From NCBI RefSeq assembly GCF_004010195.1, contig NC_057751.1, forward strand, positions 10,348,589 to 10,412,588: a stretch of 64,000 nucleotides of DNA, written 5' to 3'. Source of the stretch: Chiloscyllium plagiosum (Eukaryota). Position 1 is the stretch's first letter; every line of letters starts with the position of its first letter. Under the pieces are notes generated by a model. That model searched no databases. It saw nothing but the letters and a program-made list of their open reading frames with translations, and had not been told where the DNA came from. The position numbers were made by a program, and so were the translations under genes. Shown piece after piece: positions 27,042-39,435 of the stretch.

Positions 27042-27062
27042 TTTATTTGCAAAACTTTTATT
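27042..27062 (-). terminator. Two candidate AATAAA signals just 3' of ADRA2B
   Basis: tttatt on + at 27042-27047 and 27057-27062, 60-80 nt after the stop. The real 3' UTR may be longer. Confidence 0.25.
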
Positions 27063-27121
27063 TAGTTTGAAATAAACTTCTCGCTGTTCGGGCACCAACC
27101 GGCTGGTCTGAAACCTGCGGA

Positions 27122-28390
27122 CTAGACGATGTAAACGGATCTTCTCTGTTCTCGACAAAGGATCTTTTTAAAAGCCATTCGGAAATCCTGGTTGAAGATG
27201 GTGTATATCACCGGGTTAAGGGAACTGTTGCAATAACCGATCCAGAAGAAGAATTTGAAGATGGTAGAGGGCACAGAGCATGTGGCTGGACAGATGGCAG
27301 TCAGACTGTAGGAGAAGAAAAACGGGAACCAGCAGACAACAAAGCCACCAATCACAACAGATAGAACAAAAGTGAAGCGTTTCTCCCGGTTCTGGATGGC
27401 TTTCCTCCTGATTGTACTTGGTGTCCGAGGTTTCGCTCGCCTCATGGAGTGCTCTCCTTCCCTTTGGGAAGTCGAGTTGCTCTCATCCTGACGGAGTGGG
27501 TTGGTGGAGCAGAGGTAACCATCCCTTCTATGCGCCTTCTGTTGTCTGGAAAGTCCTTCGTGGCCCCGGGACGGAGAATTCCCCGGTTTCTCCTCGTCCT
27601 TGGGTTTGCTCTCCTCCTGCCAACTGGGACGGAAGGATGCACCTTGTTCCTTGGAGCTGTTGGCGTTGACCAGCTCCGGCTTTCTGCTGCCGAGAGGCTG
27701 CCTCGTCCTCTGTTTGGCCACCTGGTAAATCCTGATGTAAACCAGAATCATGATGACACACGGAGCGAAGAAAGATCCGATACATGAAGACAGGATGTAC
27801 CATTTCTCGTCATTCAAACGACACACAGGGATCTCGTCTTCGCCGAGGTTTTTGTTCATGGAGATGAGAGGCGGAAAGGAAATAACTGCAGCAATCAGCC
27901 ATACTGTCAGAATCACACAGCGGATTCTCCGAGGAGTTCGCTTGGAATTATATTGGATGGCTTGGGTGACTGACCAATATCTGTCCAGGCTTATCGCGCA
28001 GAGGTGGACAATCGAGGAAGTGCAAAACAGGACATCCAGCGCCAGATAAATTTCGCACCAAATCTTCTTGAAGTACCAGTAACCCATCAATTCGTTGGCC
28101 AAAGAAAAGGGCATGACCAAAGTGGCCACCAGGATATCCGCAGCGGCCAGAGAGACCAGGAAGAGATTCTGGGGGGCTTGCAGCGATCTGCTGGTCAGGA
28201 CAGCGATGATGACCAGTATGTTCCCAATGATTGTGAACATGATGATAAAGCTGATGGCAGTGGCAATAGCCGCGGTGCTTCGAGGCGAGTAAGGGAGGGA
28301 AACCAGGCGTCCTCCCCAAAAGTTTTGCTGGCTGGTATTGCAGACGAAGCTGGCATTGCTGCGAAACATTGGGCAGTCCACCGATGCCAT
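27122..28390 (-). CDS. ADRA2B: Alpha-2B adrenergic receptor (intronless class A GPCR, 422 aa)
   Basis: Seven hydrophobic segments with GN (TM1), LAAAD (TM2), D3.32 in [23 protein letters not shown]5 [14 protein letters not shown] and NPVIY. Alpha-2B-type words [22 protein letters not shown] and FFFSYSL are present (alpha-2A/2C have TSRAL, LASADIL, YNLKRT). Start context GCGATGG; an in-frame TGA lies 21 nt upstream. Confidence 0.96.
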   Translation of the reverse strand: MASVDCPMFRSNASFVCNTSQQNFWGGRLVSLPYSPRSTAAIATAISFIIMFTIIGNILVIIAVLTSRSLQAPQNLFLVSLAAADILVATLVMPFSLANELMGYWYFKKIWCEIYLALDVLFCTSSIVHLCAISLDRYWSVTQAIQYNSKRTPRRIRCVILTVWLIAAVISFPPLISMNKNLGEDEIPVCRLNDEKWYILSSCIGSFFAPCVIMILVYIRIYQVAKQRTRQPLGSRKPELVNANSSKEQGASFRPSWQEESKPKDEEKPGNSPSRGHEGLSRQQKAHRRDGYLCSTNPLRQDESNSTSQREGEHSMRRAKPRTPSTIRRKAIQNREKRFTFVLSVVIGGFVVCWFPFFFSYSLTAICPATCSVPSTIFKFFFWIGYCNSSLNPVIYTIFNQDFRMAFKKILCREQRRSVYIV

Positions 28391-29200
28391 CGCTCTTCTT
28401 CCAGCCTCTGGTCAATTTGCGTCCGAGTTGATCAGTATAAAAGTCAAATGGAAACAGTCGCGTTTTGTCTGAAACACGGTCATGTCGAAAAGTATATTTT
28501 TTGCTGAACTTTCTATTGGAATATACATTCTGATTAAATGATGCAGGAATTAATTCGGCAAAGCTATATCTTTCAGACAACACTCCAAAGTGACCACCAC
28601 ATGGCTGCAATCTGTCGCTGTTTTCTTTTCAAACGGCTCTGAATCTTGTATTGATCTGGTTTGACTGGTTACAATGTCCCACCGGCTTTTGTTCTATTTG
28701 GTGTTCCCTCTGACACTGTTCGCCGACAGCCGCGACATGCTGCATTTAAAACGAAGTCTCGCACCACGGACAGCTCTGAAGATGCGTAAAGGATCACGTT
28801 ACTGCATTGGCACCTCCCCACAATCACTCGCTGTCTGTGAAATCTGCATCTGCTGCACGCCCTCAACAAGCACAATGCACTTGGCGCCGTTTTCAACCGT
28901 GATCAACTTTTCGAAGTTCAACAACGAACTACGAACAACTCGGGGGGTGTTGCGGGTGGAGGGAGGTGTGCGTGATAACATCAGAAACATTGGATGCTTC
29001 TCAAAGAGCATTTTCCATTTTGGTGTTTGACTCCGTAGGTGATGTATTTAAAAGGTAATAATGATGAATAGCATGATCTTTGTATGGTCAACAACATCAA
29101 GTGTTCTGAGAACGTGTAAACAAGAAATTAACGGAGGTTATTTCTGGTGAACATTCGGCGATTTGACAGAGCACTGGTTGTTATAAACGTAGTTGAATGA
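28391..29200 (-). promoter_or_regulatory. CpG-enriched 5' UTR/promoter region of ADRA2B
   Basis: Repeat-free and visibly richer in CG dinucleotides than the CpG-depleted flanks. Transcription start not determinable. Confidence 0.5.
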
Positions 29201-29634
29201 GTTCATTTTAATGAAATCTTGCATCGGATTTATAATAATTAACGTGAAGTTTGATCAAATCTTTCAGTTATAAATGTGATTTAGGATTTCAAGAAAGTCT
29301 TAACAAACCTCGCCTAATAATCACCAGTTTTCAAAATGAAACATTAATTACCATATCACTTTGTGGATCTCAAAGTCCTGCTTATACAGAAACCTTTTCG
29401 CCTTTGAAGTGCTTGATTCTACATCAGTCAGTAATTGGTGGACCGGCTCTTTATTGATGAGTGACCTTCAATGTGTAAATGTGTTGCCTATTTGGTGAGA
29501 TCAGCACAACCATTTAAAATGTACAAGTCCTGAACCAAATTCGTGGTCACTCTGTTAAGGTCACACATGATCATTTTCCTCAGCAGATGAATTTTACATC
29601 CACACCTGTCTATGCAAAATAAGATTTATAAAAA

Positions 29635-30715
29635 CAGAATGTGAGCGTTGCTGACTGGGGCAAATTTGTTGCCCATCCCACGTTGCCCAAGAGAATGTCA
29701 TGGTGAGTTTCTTTGTTGAACTGCTGCAGTCCCCGTGCTGCTGGTGCTTCAACAATGCTGTGAGGAAGAGTTCTCAAATTTTGAGCCAGGGATAGTGAAG
29801 GAATGGCATTAGGATGCATGCAGCTTGGAACTGAACTGGTAGTTGTGCATCAGCTGCCCTTATGCCCTGTCCGAAGTGGTGGAAATGGCAGTTTGAAAGG
29901 TACTGTCGAAGGAGCCTCAGTGAATTTGTGTAAAGTGAATTTCTGAAAAGTTGAGGTAGAGGAAGTGAATGCTGAAAATGGTCAATGAGTGCCAAACAAG
30001 TAGACTGCTTTCTTCTGGATAGTGTAGAGCTTCTTGAGTTGTGGGAGCTGCATCTTTCCAGGTATATGGACAGTATTTCAACACACTCCTGACATGTATG
30101 ATTGTGGAAATGTTTTGTGGAGGGTAGTTGCCCTCTGCAGAATTCCTAACCTCTGACCTGTTCGTCTAATCACAGTATTTAGACAGCTTGTCCAGTTCAC
30201 ATTCTGGTCAATGTAACCCCCAAGATGTTGATAATTGGCAATTTAGTGATGGTAATGACAGTAAATTCAAAGGGAAATGGCTGAGTTATTTTTTGTTGGA
30301 GATGGTCCCTTCCTGGCACTTGTAGACCATAAATGTTACTTCCCACTTTGCAACCCACTCCTGAATGTTGTCCAGGTCTTACTACACAGAGACAGATTAT
30401 TCAGTATATGAGGATTCATGAATAGTGCTGAACATTTTGCAATCATCAGCGAACATCCTGATCTTCTGATGGAGGGAAGATAATTAATGAGTGGCTAATC
30501 ATGGCTAGACCTTGGACACACCCTGCAGTGATCTCTTCGGACTGAGATGATTGATCTCCAGCAACCACAACCATCTTCCTTTGTGCTAGGTATGACTTAA
30601 CTGCCCAAGATTTTTGTCTCTGACCTCATTAACTCAATTTTGATGGGCTTCACAGTTTCTCAAATATCTTGATATTACGGATGATCATTCTCAATTCACC
30701 TGTGGAGCTCAGCTT
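29635..30715 (-). mobile_element. Decayed CR1-clade LINE 3' part (related copies at about 59530-60510 and 36300-36850)
   Basis: Shares degenerate RT C-terminal and tail sequence with 1370-1920 (reverse) and 60040-60500. Confidence 0.55.
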
Positions 30716-30728
30716 TTTAATCTATGTT

Positions 30729-31626
30729 GAAAAGTGTGGGGCTGGCAAAGCACAGCAGGTTAGGCTGCATCCAAAGAGCAGGAGAATCAATGTTTCAGGC
30801 TTAAGCTCTTCATCAGAAATGTGGCAGGGGGAAGGGGGCTAAGAGATAAATAGGAGGTGGGGGTGGGGCTTTGGGGAAGGGAGCTGGGAAGGTGATAGGT
30901 AGATGGATGTGGAGGGTGTTGATAGGTTGAAGGAGAGGTGGAGTGGATAGGTGGGAAGGAAGATGGACAGGTAGGACAGTTCAAAAGTGCATTGCTGAAA
31001 TGGAAGGGTTGGATCGAGGATGAGGTTGGCGGGAGTGATGGTAGAGATGAAGAAACTGGTGAAATCAATGTTGGTGCCATGTGTTTAGAGGATTCCAAGG
31101 CAGATGATGAGGTGTTCTTCCTCCAATCGTCGGGTGGCTTGGATTTGACAGTAGAGGAGGCCCAGGACTTGCATGTCCTTGGTGGAGTGGGAGGGAGAGT
31201 TGACGTTGTTAGCCACAGGGCAGTAGGGTTGTTTGGTGCATGTATCCCAGAGATGTTCTCTGAAACTTTCCGCGAGTTGGCATCCTGTCTCCCCAATTTA
31301 GCGGAGACCACATCGAGAGCAACAGACGCAGTCGATAAGGTATTTGGTTATGCAGGAAAATCTCTGCCAGATGTGAAAGGATCCTTTGGGGCCTTGGATG
31401 GAGATGAGGGGGGAGGTGTAGGTGCAGGTTTTATGCCTCCTGCAGTGGCAAGGAAAGATGCTAGGAATGGAGGTTGTTGATGGGGGGCGTGGTCCTAATG
31501 AGGGAGTTTCTGAGGGAGTGGTTTCTACGGAATACTGATTGGGCTTGGGAGGGAAATATATCTCTGGTGGTGGTGTCTGATTGTAAGTGGTGGAAATGGC
31601 GGAGGATAATACATTACATCCGGAGA
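30729..31626 (-). mobile_element. PLE 3' part (GIY-YIG region and terminus), degenerate
   Basis: Collinear with the younger copy at 32581-33661. Confidence 0.8.
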
Positions 31627-31629
31627 TTA

Positions 31630-34290
31630 AAGAACAAAGAACAAAGAAAATTACAACACAGGAACAGACCTTTCATCCTTCCATGCCTGCGCTGTTCCAG
31701 ATCCTCTATCTAAACTTGTCACCTATTTTCCAAGAATCTGTATCCCTCTGTTCCCTGCCCATTTGTGTATCTGTCTACATACATGTTAATTGATGCTATT
31801 TGCCCACCTCTACCACCTCCGCTGGCAACACATTCCAGGTACCCACCACCCTCTGCATAAAGAACTTTCCATGCATATTTTCCTTAATGTTTACCCCTCT
31901 CACTCATGACCCCGAGTAATTGAGACCTCCTCTCTGGAAAAAAATGTTTCTTGCTATCCAACCTGTCTATACCTCTCAGGATTTTGTAGACCTTAATCCT
32001 GAGACCCCTTTAGTCCTCTTAATTCCTCATTTCAGATTGGTCCTACTTTCCCAATATTCTTCCAAAGCTTCATCTGTTTTCAGTCACCTAGACCTTGTGA
32101 AAGCTTCCTTTTCCCTCTTAGCTCATCTCACAATTTCACCTGTCATCCACAGTTCCCTAATCTTGCCATTTCTATCCCTTATTTTCTCTGGGACATGTCT
32201 GTTCTGCACTCTAATCAACCTCTCTTTAAAAGTCTCCCACACATCAAATATGGATTTACAGCTGCTCCCAATCCACAATCCCCAGCTCCTGCTGAATTTT
32301 GCGATCATTGGCCTTCCCCCAATTTAGCACTCTTCCTTTAGCTTCATCTTTATCCATGAGTATTCTAAAACTTACTGAATTATCATCACTGTTCCCATAG
32401 TAATCCCCAACTGAAACTTCAACCACCTGGCCCGGCTCATTCCCCGAATTCTCCTTACAGATTCTCTCCATCTAAACTGCTAACACTAAGTGATTCCCAG
32501 TCAATGTTGGGAAAATTAAAATCTCCCATCACCACCCTGTTGCTCCTACATCTTTCCATAATCTGTCTACATATTTATATGAGGTAAAAACAATGAATGC
32601 AGATGCTGGAAATCAGATTCTGGATTAGTGGTGCTGGAAGAGCACAGCAGTTCAGGCAGCATCCAAGGAGCTTCGATATCGACGTTTCGGGCAAAAGCCC
32701 TTCATCAGGAATAAAGGCAGTGAGCCTGGAGCGTGGAGAGATAAGCTAGAGGAGGGTGGGGGTGGGGAGATGAAGTGTTCCGAGGCGAAAGATGAGGCGT
32801 TCTTCCACCAGGCGTCTGGTGGTGACGGAGCGTAGGTGGAGGTGGCCCAGCACCTCCATATCCTCGGCAGAGTGGGAGGGGGAGTTGACATGTTGAGCCA
32901 CTGGGCGATTTGGTTGGTTGGTGCGGGTGTCTCGGAGGTGTTCCCTAAAGCGCTCTGCTAGGAGGCGTCCAGTCTCCCCAATGTAGAGGAGTCCGCATCG
33001 GGAGCAACGGATACAATATATGATATTAGTGGATGTGCAGGTAAATCTTTGATGGATGTGGAAAGCTCCTTTGGGGCCTTGGATGGAGGTGAGGGAGGAG
33101 GTGTGGGCGCAGGTTTTACAGTTCCTGCGGTGGCAGGGGGAAGTGCCAGGATGGGAGGGTGGGTCGTAGGGTGGGCATGGAGCTGTCCAGGTAGTCACGG
33201 AGGGAACGGTCTTTGCGGGAGGCGGAGAGGGGTGGGGAGGGAAATATATCCCTGGTGGTGGGGTCTTTTTGGAGGTGGCGGAAATGTCGGCGGATGATTT
33301 GGTTTATGCGAAGATTGGTGGGGTGGAAGGTGAGCACCAGGGGCGTTCTGTCCTTGTTACGGTTGGAGGGGTGGGGTCTGAGGGCGGAGGTGTGGGATGT
33401 GGACGAGATACATTGGAGGGCATCGTCAACCACGTGGGAAGGGAAATTGCGGTCTCTAAAGAAGGAGGCCATCTGGTGTGTTCTGTGGTGGAACAGGTCC
33501 TCCTGGGAGCAGATCCGGCGGCGGCGGAGAAATTGGGAATACGGGATTTTTGCAAGAGGTAGGGTGGGAAGAGGTGTAATCCAGGTAGCTGTGGGAGTCG
33601 GTGGGTTTGTAAAAAATGTCAGTGTCAAGTCGGTCGTCATTAATGGAGATGGAGAGGTCCAGGCCTCTATCTCACGCTCACAATTTGGAGGCCTGTAGTA
33701 CTGGCACAACATTGTTACCGCACCCTTCCTATTTCTAAGCTCTGCCCATGTTGCTTCACTGCTCGAGTCCTCCATAGTGCCCTCCTTCAGCACAGCTGCG
33801 ATATTCTCTCTGACCAGTAATGCAACTCCTCTACCCCTTTTACCTCCCTCTCTATCCTGCCTGAAGCATCTATATCCTATGATATCTTGTTGCCAGTCTT
33901 GCCCTTCCGTCAACCAAGTCTCAGTAATAGCAATGACATCATACTCCCAGGTAGTAATCCAAGCACTAAATTCATTTGCCTTACCTACTACACTTCTTGC
34001 ATTAAAACAAATGCACCCCAGACGACCAGTCCCTTTGCGTTTATCATCTGCTCTCTGCCTAGTCTTCCCCTTAGTTACGCTGACTTCATTATCTAGTTCC
34101 TTAAATGCTTCAGTTACTACCTCCTTATTGTCCACTAATCTCCTCATTTGGTTCCCATTCCCTACCACATTAAACCCTCCTAAATAGCGTTGGCAAAAGC
34201 ACCCCTGAGGACATTGGTTCCAGTTCTGCCCAGGTGTAGACCATCCAATTTGTAATAGTCCCCCCTCCCCCAGAATTGGTCCCAATGTCC
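31630..34290 (-). mobile_element. Internally deleted CR1 LINE (ORF1 esterase end, APE endonuclease, 3' tail) split by a PLE at 32581-33661
   Basis: ORF1 end HWDQFWG..YYKLDGLHLG near 34200-34290. The APE sequence CFNARS...IAITETWL...GVALLV...YYRPPNCEREIE stops at about 33662 and resumes at about 32575 as ICRQIMERCRSNRVVMGDFNFPNIDW. CR1 tail at 31630-32000. Confidence 0.85.
32581..33661 (-). mobile_element. Young 5'-truncated Penelope-like element (RT thumb, linker, GIY-YIG endonuclease, terminus)
   Basis: IPYSQFLRRRRICS...TPLVLTFHP, linker CHRRNCKTC, GIY-YIG NIIYCIRCSRCGLLYIGETGRLLAERFREH...VAQH. Frameshifted. Confidence 0.92.
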
Positions 34291-34897
34291 CGATACGAGG
34301 AGATAAGTTCAGTGGAGTTGGAGCTGGCGGAGATGATGGGTCCACCAGGGCAGTCAGGTTTGTGAATTTTGGGTAAGACGTAGAACTGGGTGGGGTGGGG
34401 TCTGGGACTGTGAGGTTGGAGGCTGTGGTTGGGAGATGCCCTGAAGTGATGAGCTTATGGATGGTTTGGGGATGGCAGGTGAGGTTGTGTTCGAGAGGGG
34501 ATTAGGAGGAGGTGTCTGTGAGTTGGCGCCTGGCTTCAGTATGTAGAGGTCAGTGCGCCAAACTAACACCGTGCACCTCCGATAGTGAGGATGAGGTTGG
34601 AGAGGAGGGAGTGGAGGGCTGCACTTTGTGAACATGAGCGGTTGGAGTGAGTGAGAGGTGTGGGCAGGGTGAGACCGTCAATGTCATGGCAGCAGTTGGA
34701 AATAAGGTGGTCAAAGGCAGGTAACAGGCCAGCACGGGGTGTCCAAGTGGATGGAATGTGTTCGAGACAGGGGAAGGGGTCCTCAGAGGGTGAATGGGAG
34801 TCCCAATGGAAAATGTAACCGTGGAAGCAGAGGCGCGGAAGAAAAGTTCCATGTTGCAACACGTATGGAATTTGTTGTCCCGGAAGCATACTGGGAT
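34291..34897 (-). mobile_element. PLE fragment (N-terminal/RT start)
   Basis: Minus strand encodes LPKIHKPDCPGGPIISAS and FFRASA...; homologous to 38780-39120. Confidence 0.75.
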
Positions 34898-35000
34898 CAA
34901 GGTGAGACCTTTATTGGAGACTTTTTAATCTATGTTTGGCCCAAGGCTGCAAGGAAGTAAGTATACAGGTTATGGTATTGTAAGCGCCGATGGTTTGCAA

Positions 35001-35626
35001 TATTATGGCTTTAAGAAGTCTATTTTGCCCTTCTATTTTAAAGCAAGGTGTTAAGACAGGGTTATGGAGATGTCTTTTAGAAACTCATAAAGTAAGAAGC
35101 TAATCAGGCATCAGAGGTTTTTTAAAGTTGGAAAAATAGAAGCAGCCTGAATGGGTGTGGTCAAGCTCTCAGAGAACCAGGAGTTTTAGTTTCTGAGCTT
35201 TTCAGTTGCAGTTGTTGTTGCTGGGTCTGTTGCTGCAGTACATCCCTCTCTGCTGCTCTTGCTGTTTTTCCTCCTGTGCTGCTGGAGTTGCATGTGAGAC
35301 AATCTGCTTTCTGAATTTGTCTCTTGCCAAGGGTATGTTTATAGGATGTTACGATATTGGAATATTTACTGTTTAGTAGCTAACTAATGTATTAATCTGT
35401 TAAGTTTTCCAATAGAGTTACAGCGAAGCCTGTTCTTTTCTTTATTCTTTCTTTTGTTGTATTTTAACTGGAGTATATGAATAAATTTACTTAACATCAA
35501 GTAGTTTGACCAATCAGATTGCATCTGGAACGCAACACCTTACATTTACCTTTAAAATAAGAAAATGTTAGGGTGTAGCTGACCTGCTTAATATATTTTG
35601 GCAAAATTTGGTCTGGTCCAGAACCA
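35001..35626 (+). repeat. Solo-LTR-like repeat
   Basis: 3' end (gcatctggaac...cttacatttacctttaaaataag...gttaggg...tttggtctggtcca) is homologous to that of 20204-20835. Confidence 0.5.
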
Positions 35627-35749
35627 ATGTCAATTACCCCTTTCATCACTTCGCTGAGGAGTGAGAATTAGCTGATGGTGTGATAATTGGAGAAGTTGGA
35701 TTTATCCTACTTTTTGTGGAAAGGACATGGTTGAGCAGGTTTTTACATG

Positions 35750-36280
35750 TCGAGAGCGTGGTGCTGGAAAAGCACAGCAGGTCAGGCAGCATCCAAGAAG
35801 CAGGCGAATCAACATTTCAGGCATCAGCCCTTCATCAAGAATGTCGATACTGTAGGCAGGCACTGAGGAAGGAGGTGTGGCTGTGGCAGTGAGTCTGCTT
35901 CATAACGTTGCTGAAGAGCTTCAGGGCAGAGGAGATGACGTGGGGAGGTGCAGTGAGAGAGAGAGAGAGAGAGAGAGAGACTCACTGACATCCTTGTAGA
36001 GAGAGGAAGAGAACTTTTTCAAGGTAAGCATCCTTGCAAGAAGCTTCGCACTGGGGTTAAAATAAGCTAGGAGAAAGTGAGGACTGCAGGTGCTGAAGAT
36101 CAGAGTCGAGAGTGTGGTGCTGGAAAAGCACAGCAGGTCAGGCACCATCTGAGGAGCAGGAGAATCGACATTTCAAAACATCAATTGTCTTGCTGCTCGG
36201 ATGCTGCCTGACCTGCTGTGCTTTTCCAGCACCACACTCTCGACTCTGATCTTCAGCACCTGCAGTCTCACTTTCTCCAG
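35750..36280. mobile_element. PLE remnant: terminus, ORF 5' end with (GA)n, and a fold-back pair of termini (36070-36278)
   Basis: Three copies of the gtggtgctggaaaagcacagcagg terminus; the last two form inverted arms of about 100 bp. Confidence 0.75.
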
Positions 36281-36982
36281 GTTTTCACATGCTTTGGGAA
36301 TTGCCAGTGTAACAGCTGCACTGGAACAAATTGGCTATGGCCATGGCTAGGTCTGGAGCATAATTCATCAGTACTGCTGCTGGAATGTTGCCAGGGTCCA
36401 TGGCCTTTCCAGTATTCAGTACCTTCAGTTATTCCTTGTGATCCAATGGAGTGAATCAAATTGGGCTAAAGGTTGGCTTCTGTGATGCTGGGAGCTCTGA
36501 AGGAAGTTGAGGTGGATCATCCATTCCACATTTCTGGATGAATATAGTTACCAGTGATTCAGCTTTGTCTCTTACATTGATGTACTTGACTTTCCTTTCA
36601 GTGGGAATGGTTTATTTCTGAATCCATCTCATCCTGTTTGTTGATTAATTGCTCAGCACAATCACATCGAGAGGTGATAGGATTGTAGAGTTTGATTTGA
36701 CTTGTGGATTACGAGGATTACTAAACTCTGTCCATTGCATGGTGCTTCCACTATTTAAAGTGCATGTGGTTCTGTTTTGTAGCTTCACCTCAGTTGACCT
36801 CTTCTGCACTTCTTATTCAACCAAGGTTGATCCCCTGACTTGATGGTATTTACACAACACAGGAAATGCAATTGCTGTCATATAGGTCTAACCGAATCGC
36901 ATCAATTGCAAGGCCACTTTAATCCCTCGTAATTTTTTTTAAGGCTGGGCGTGGCCTAACTGGCTGATCTTTGACAACAGCA

Positions 36983-39435
36983 ACAGAAACAGAAATTGTT
37001 GGAAAAGCTCAGCAGGTCTGTCAGCATCTGTGCAGAGAAATCAGAGTTAACATTTTGGATCCTGGAGACCCTTCCTCAAAATTGATGGTAGTTTGGAAAA
37101 TGCAGAAGATAGTCGGTGGTAAGGAGTAAACAATTGATGGGGATAGGATGTAAAGAGAGAGGAACAATTAAACAGAAAAAGGATAGTGATCTGGATAGGA
37201 GGGTGAATAGCTGTTAATGGAGACTATTAGTGGCTGAAAATAGGTCGTGTGTAATAGCAGTCTATGACATCACAAGGCCTAGGTGAGGGGGTGGGGGCTG
37301 GAACATAGTCAAATCCTAACATTATTGAACTCTGTATTGAGTCCTGAAGGCTGCAGGGTGCCCAAGTAGAAAATGAGGTATTATTTTTCCAGCTGATGCA
37401 GAGCTTTGCTGCACTGCAGCAAGCCTAAGACAAAGATATTATCAAGGGAACAAGGTGTTGAAGGGCAAGCAACTGGAAGCTCAGGGTCATTTTAGTGGGC
37501 AGAAAGTGTTTTGCAAAGTGGTTACCCAGCCTTTGCTTTGTTTCCCCAAAGTAGAGGAGACACATTGTGAGCAGTGAATTCATTTGCCAAGATTGTGTAA
37601 AGTGCAGGTAAAGCATTGTTTCACCTGGGAGATATGTTTGGGTGCTTGGATACTGAGGAGGGAGGAGATAAATGGGCAAGTGTTACACCTTTGGCCATTG
37701 TTGGGGTAGGTGCCATCGGCTGTGGGGGGATGTTGGAACTAAAGGAAGGGTAGAATAGGATGTCTTGGAGGGATTGGTCCCTGTGAAAGGCGGGCAAGAG
37801 AGGGGAGTGGAATATGTATCTGGTGATGGCATCTTGCTGGAGATGGCAGAAATGGCAGCTAATGATTTTCTGGATGTGGATGCTGTTGGGATGGTAGATA
37901 AGGACAGGGGAACCCTATCGCTGTTGCGGGAGGGAAGAGAGGGGGTGAGGGCTGAAATGTGGGAGATGGATCAGACCTGTTGCAGGCCCTATCAACAACA
38001 GTGCTGGGGAATTCTTGGTTGAGGAAGAAGGTGGACATTTCAAAGTTTCCCTTATCGAAGGTGGCATCATTGGAACATGTGCAATGGAGACAGATGAATT
38101 GGGAGAATGGAATAGCGTCTTTATAAGAGTCAGAGTGTGAGGATGTTTGATGCAGGTAACTGTGGGAGTTGGTGGGTTTATAGTAGATATAATTAGCCAG
38201 TCTGTTCCCAGAAACAGAAATGTTCAGAAAAGTAAAGGAGGAGTCAGAAATGGACCAGGTGAAAGCAAGGGCAGGGTGGCATTTGGAAGTGAAATTGATA
38301 AACCTTTCCAATTCTGGACAAAGAGGGAGACAGCACCGATGATATGATTGATAAATCAGAGAGAGAGTTGTGGCTGGGGTCCAGAATAGGATTGGAACAA
38401 GGAATGTTCCATGTACCCCACAAAGAGACAGGCAGAACTGGGGCCTATGCCACCCCTCTGACCTGAAGAAAATGAGAGGAGTTTAAAGGTAAGTTGTTTC
38501 GGGTGAGGATGAGCTTGGTCAGGTGGAGGAAGGTGGTGATGGATGAGGATGGTTCAGGCCTTTGTTCCAGGAAGAAGCAGAGAGCCCTGAGACCATCATG
38601 GTGGGGGATGGATGTGTAAAGAGGTTGCACATCCATGGTGAAGACGAGGCGGCTGGTGCCTGCAAACTGGAAATAGCGAAACTGGCATAAAGCGTCAGAG
38701 GAATCGCGGATGTAAGTGAGCAGGGACAGGACCAGGGGAGATGAGTTGTGAGGGGCAAAAGCAGGCAGAAACAATGGGTCTGTCCAGGCAGTCCTGATTG
38801 TGGATTTTGAGAAGGAGGTAGAAGCAAGCTGTGCGGATTTGGAATACTATCTGTTTGGAGGCAGTGGGGGGAGACCACCAGATGAAATTAGGTTTGTGAC
38901 CATATTTGATACAATAGTATGATGGTCCATGATGAGGTCATGGTCCAGGGGGAGATAGGAGGAGGCATCTGAGAGCTGGTGCTCAGTCTCTATAATGTAG
39001 AGGTCAGTGTGACAACTACAACAGCACTACCCTTATCGGCAGACTTAATAACAAAGTAACAGTTGGATCTGAGCACACAGAGTGCAGTCAGTTTGGGGTA
39101 GATAGATTGGAATGGGTGAGGGGGTGCCAGTCTCCATTAACAGCTACTCACCCTCCTAGCTTTATCGTTACCCACTCCTTTGTTTGTTCAACTGTTCTTG
39201 TCTCTCTTCGGGTTCTATCTCCACCTATCATTATTCCTTACCCCGTCCCCCAACCCTATCTTCTGCATAAAAACCGACGTTTTCCGAGCTACCATTAGTT
39301 CTGAGGAAGAGTCACCGGATCTGAAAAAATTAAATCTGATTTCTCTGCACAGATGATGTTAGACCTGCTGAGCTTTTCCAGCAATTTCTGTTTTTGTTTC
39401 TGACTTAAAGCATCCGCAGTCCTTTCACTTTTTAT
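36983..39435 (-). mobile_element. Penelope-like element with RT and GIY-YIG remnants and an inverted terminal repeat
   Basis: RT motifs TYIRDS...TMDVQPLYTSIPH...QVRGVA and YYKPTNSHSYL...IPFSQF, plus LLYFGETKQRL. 39129-39400 is the reverse complement of about 36983-37225. Confidence 0.88.

Noticed and set aside
27412..28507. Several + strand ORFs antisense to ADRA2B
   Set aside because: Expected shadow ORFs of a coding sequence, with no recognisable motifs.
27948..28610. 220-aa overlapping ORF upstream of and into ADRA2B
   Set aside because: Starts at TTG, contains no ATG-encoded Met, and is an alternative frame of a GC-rich CDS.
30787..31480. 174-aa and 180-aa ORFs on opposite strands
   Set aside because: Off-frame and antisense readings of the PLE GIY-YIG/3' region.
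35954..35980. (GA)n microsatellite
   Set aside because: Ordinary expansion inside a PLE remnant.
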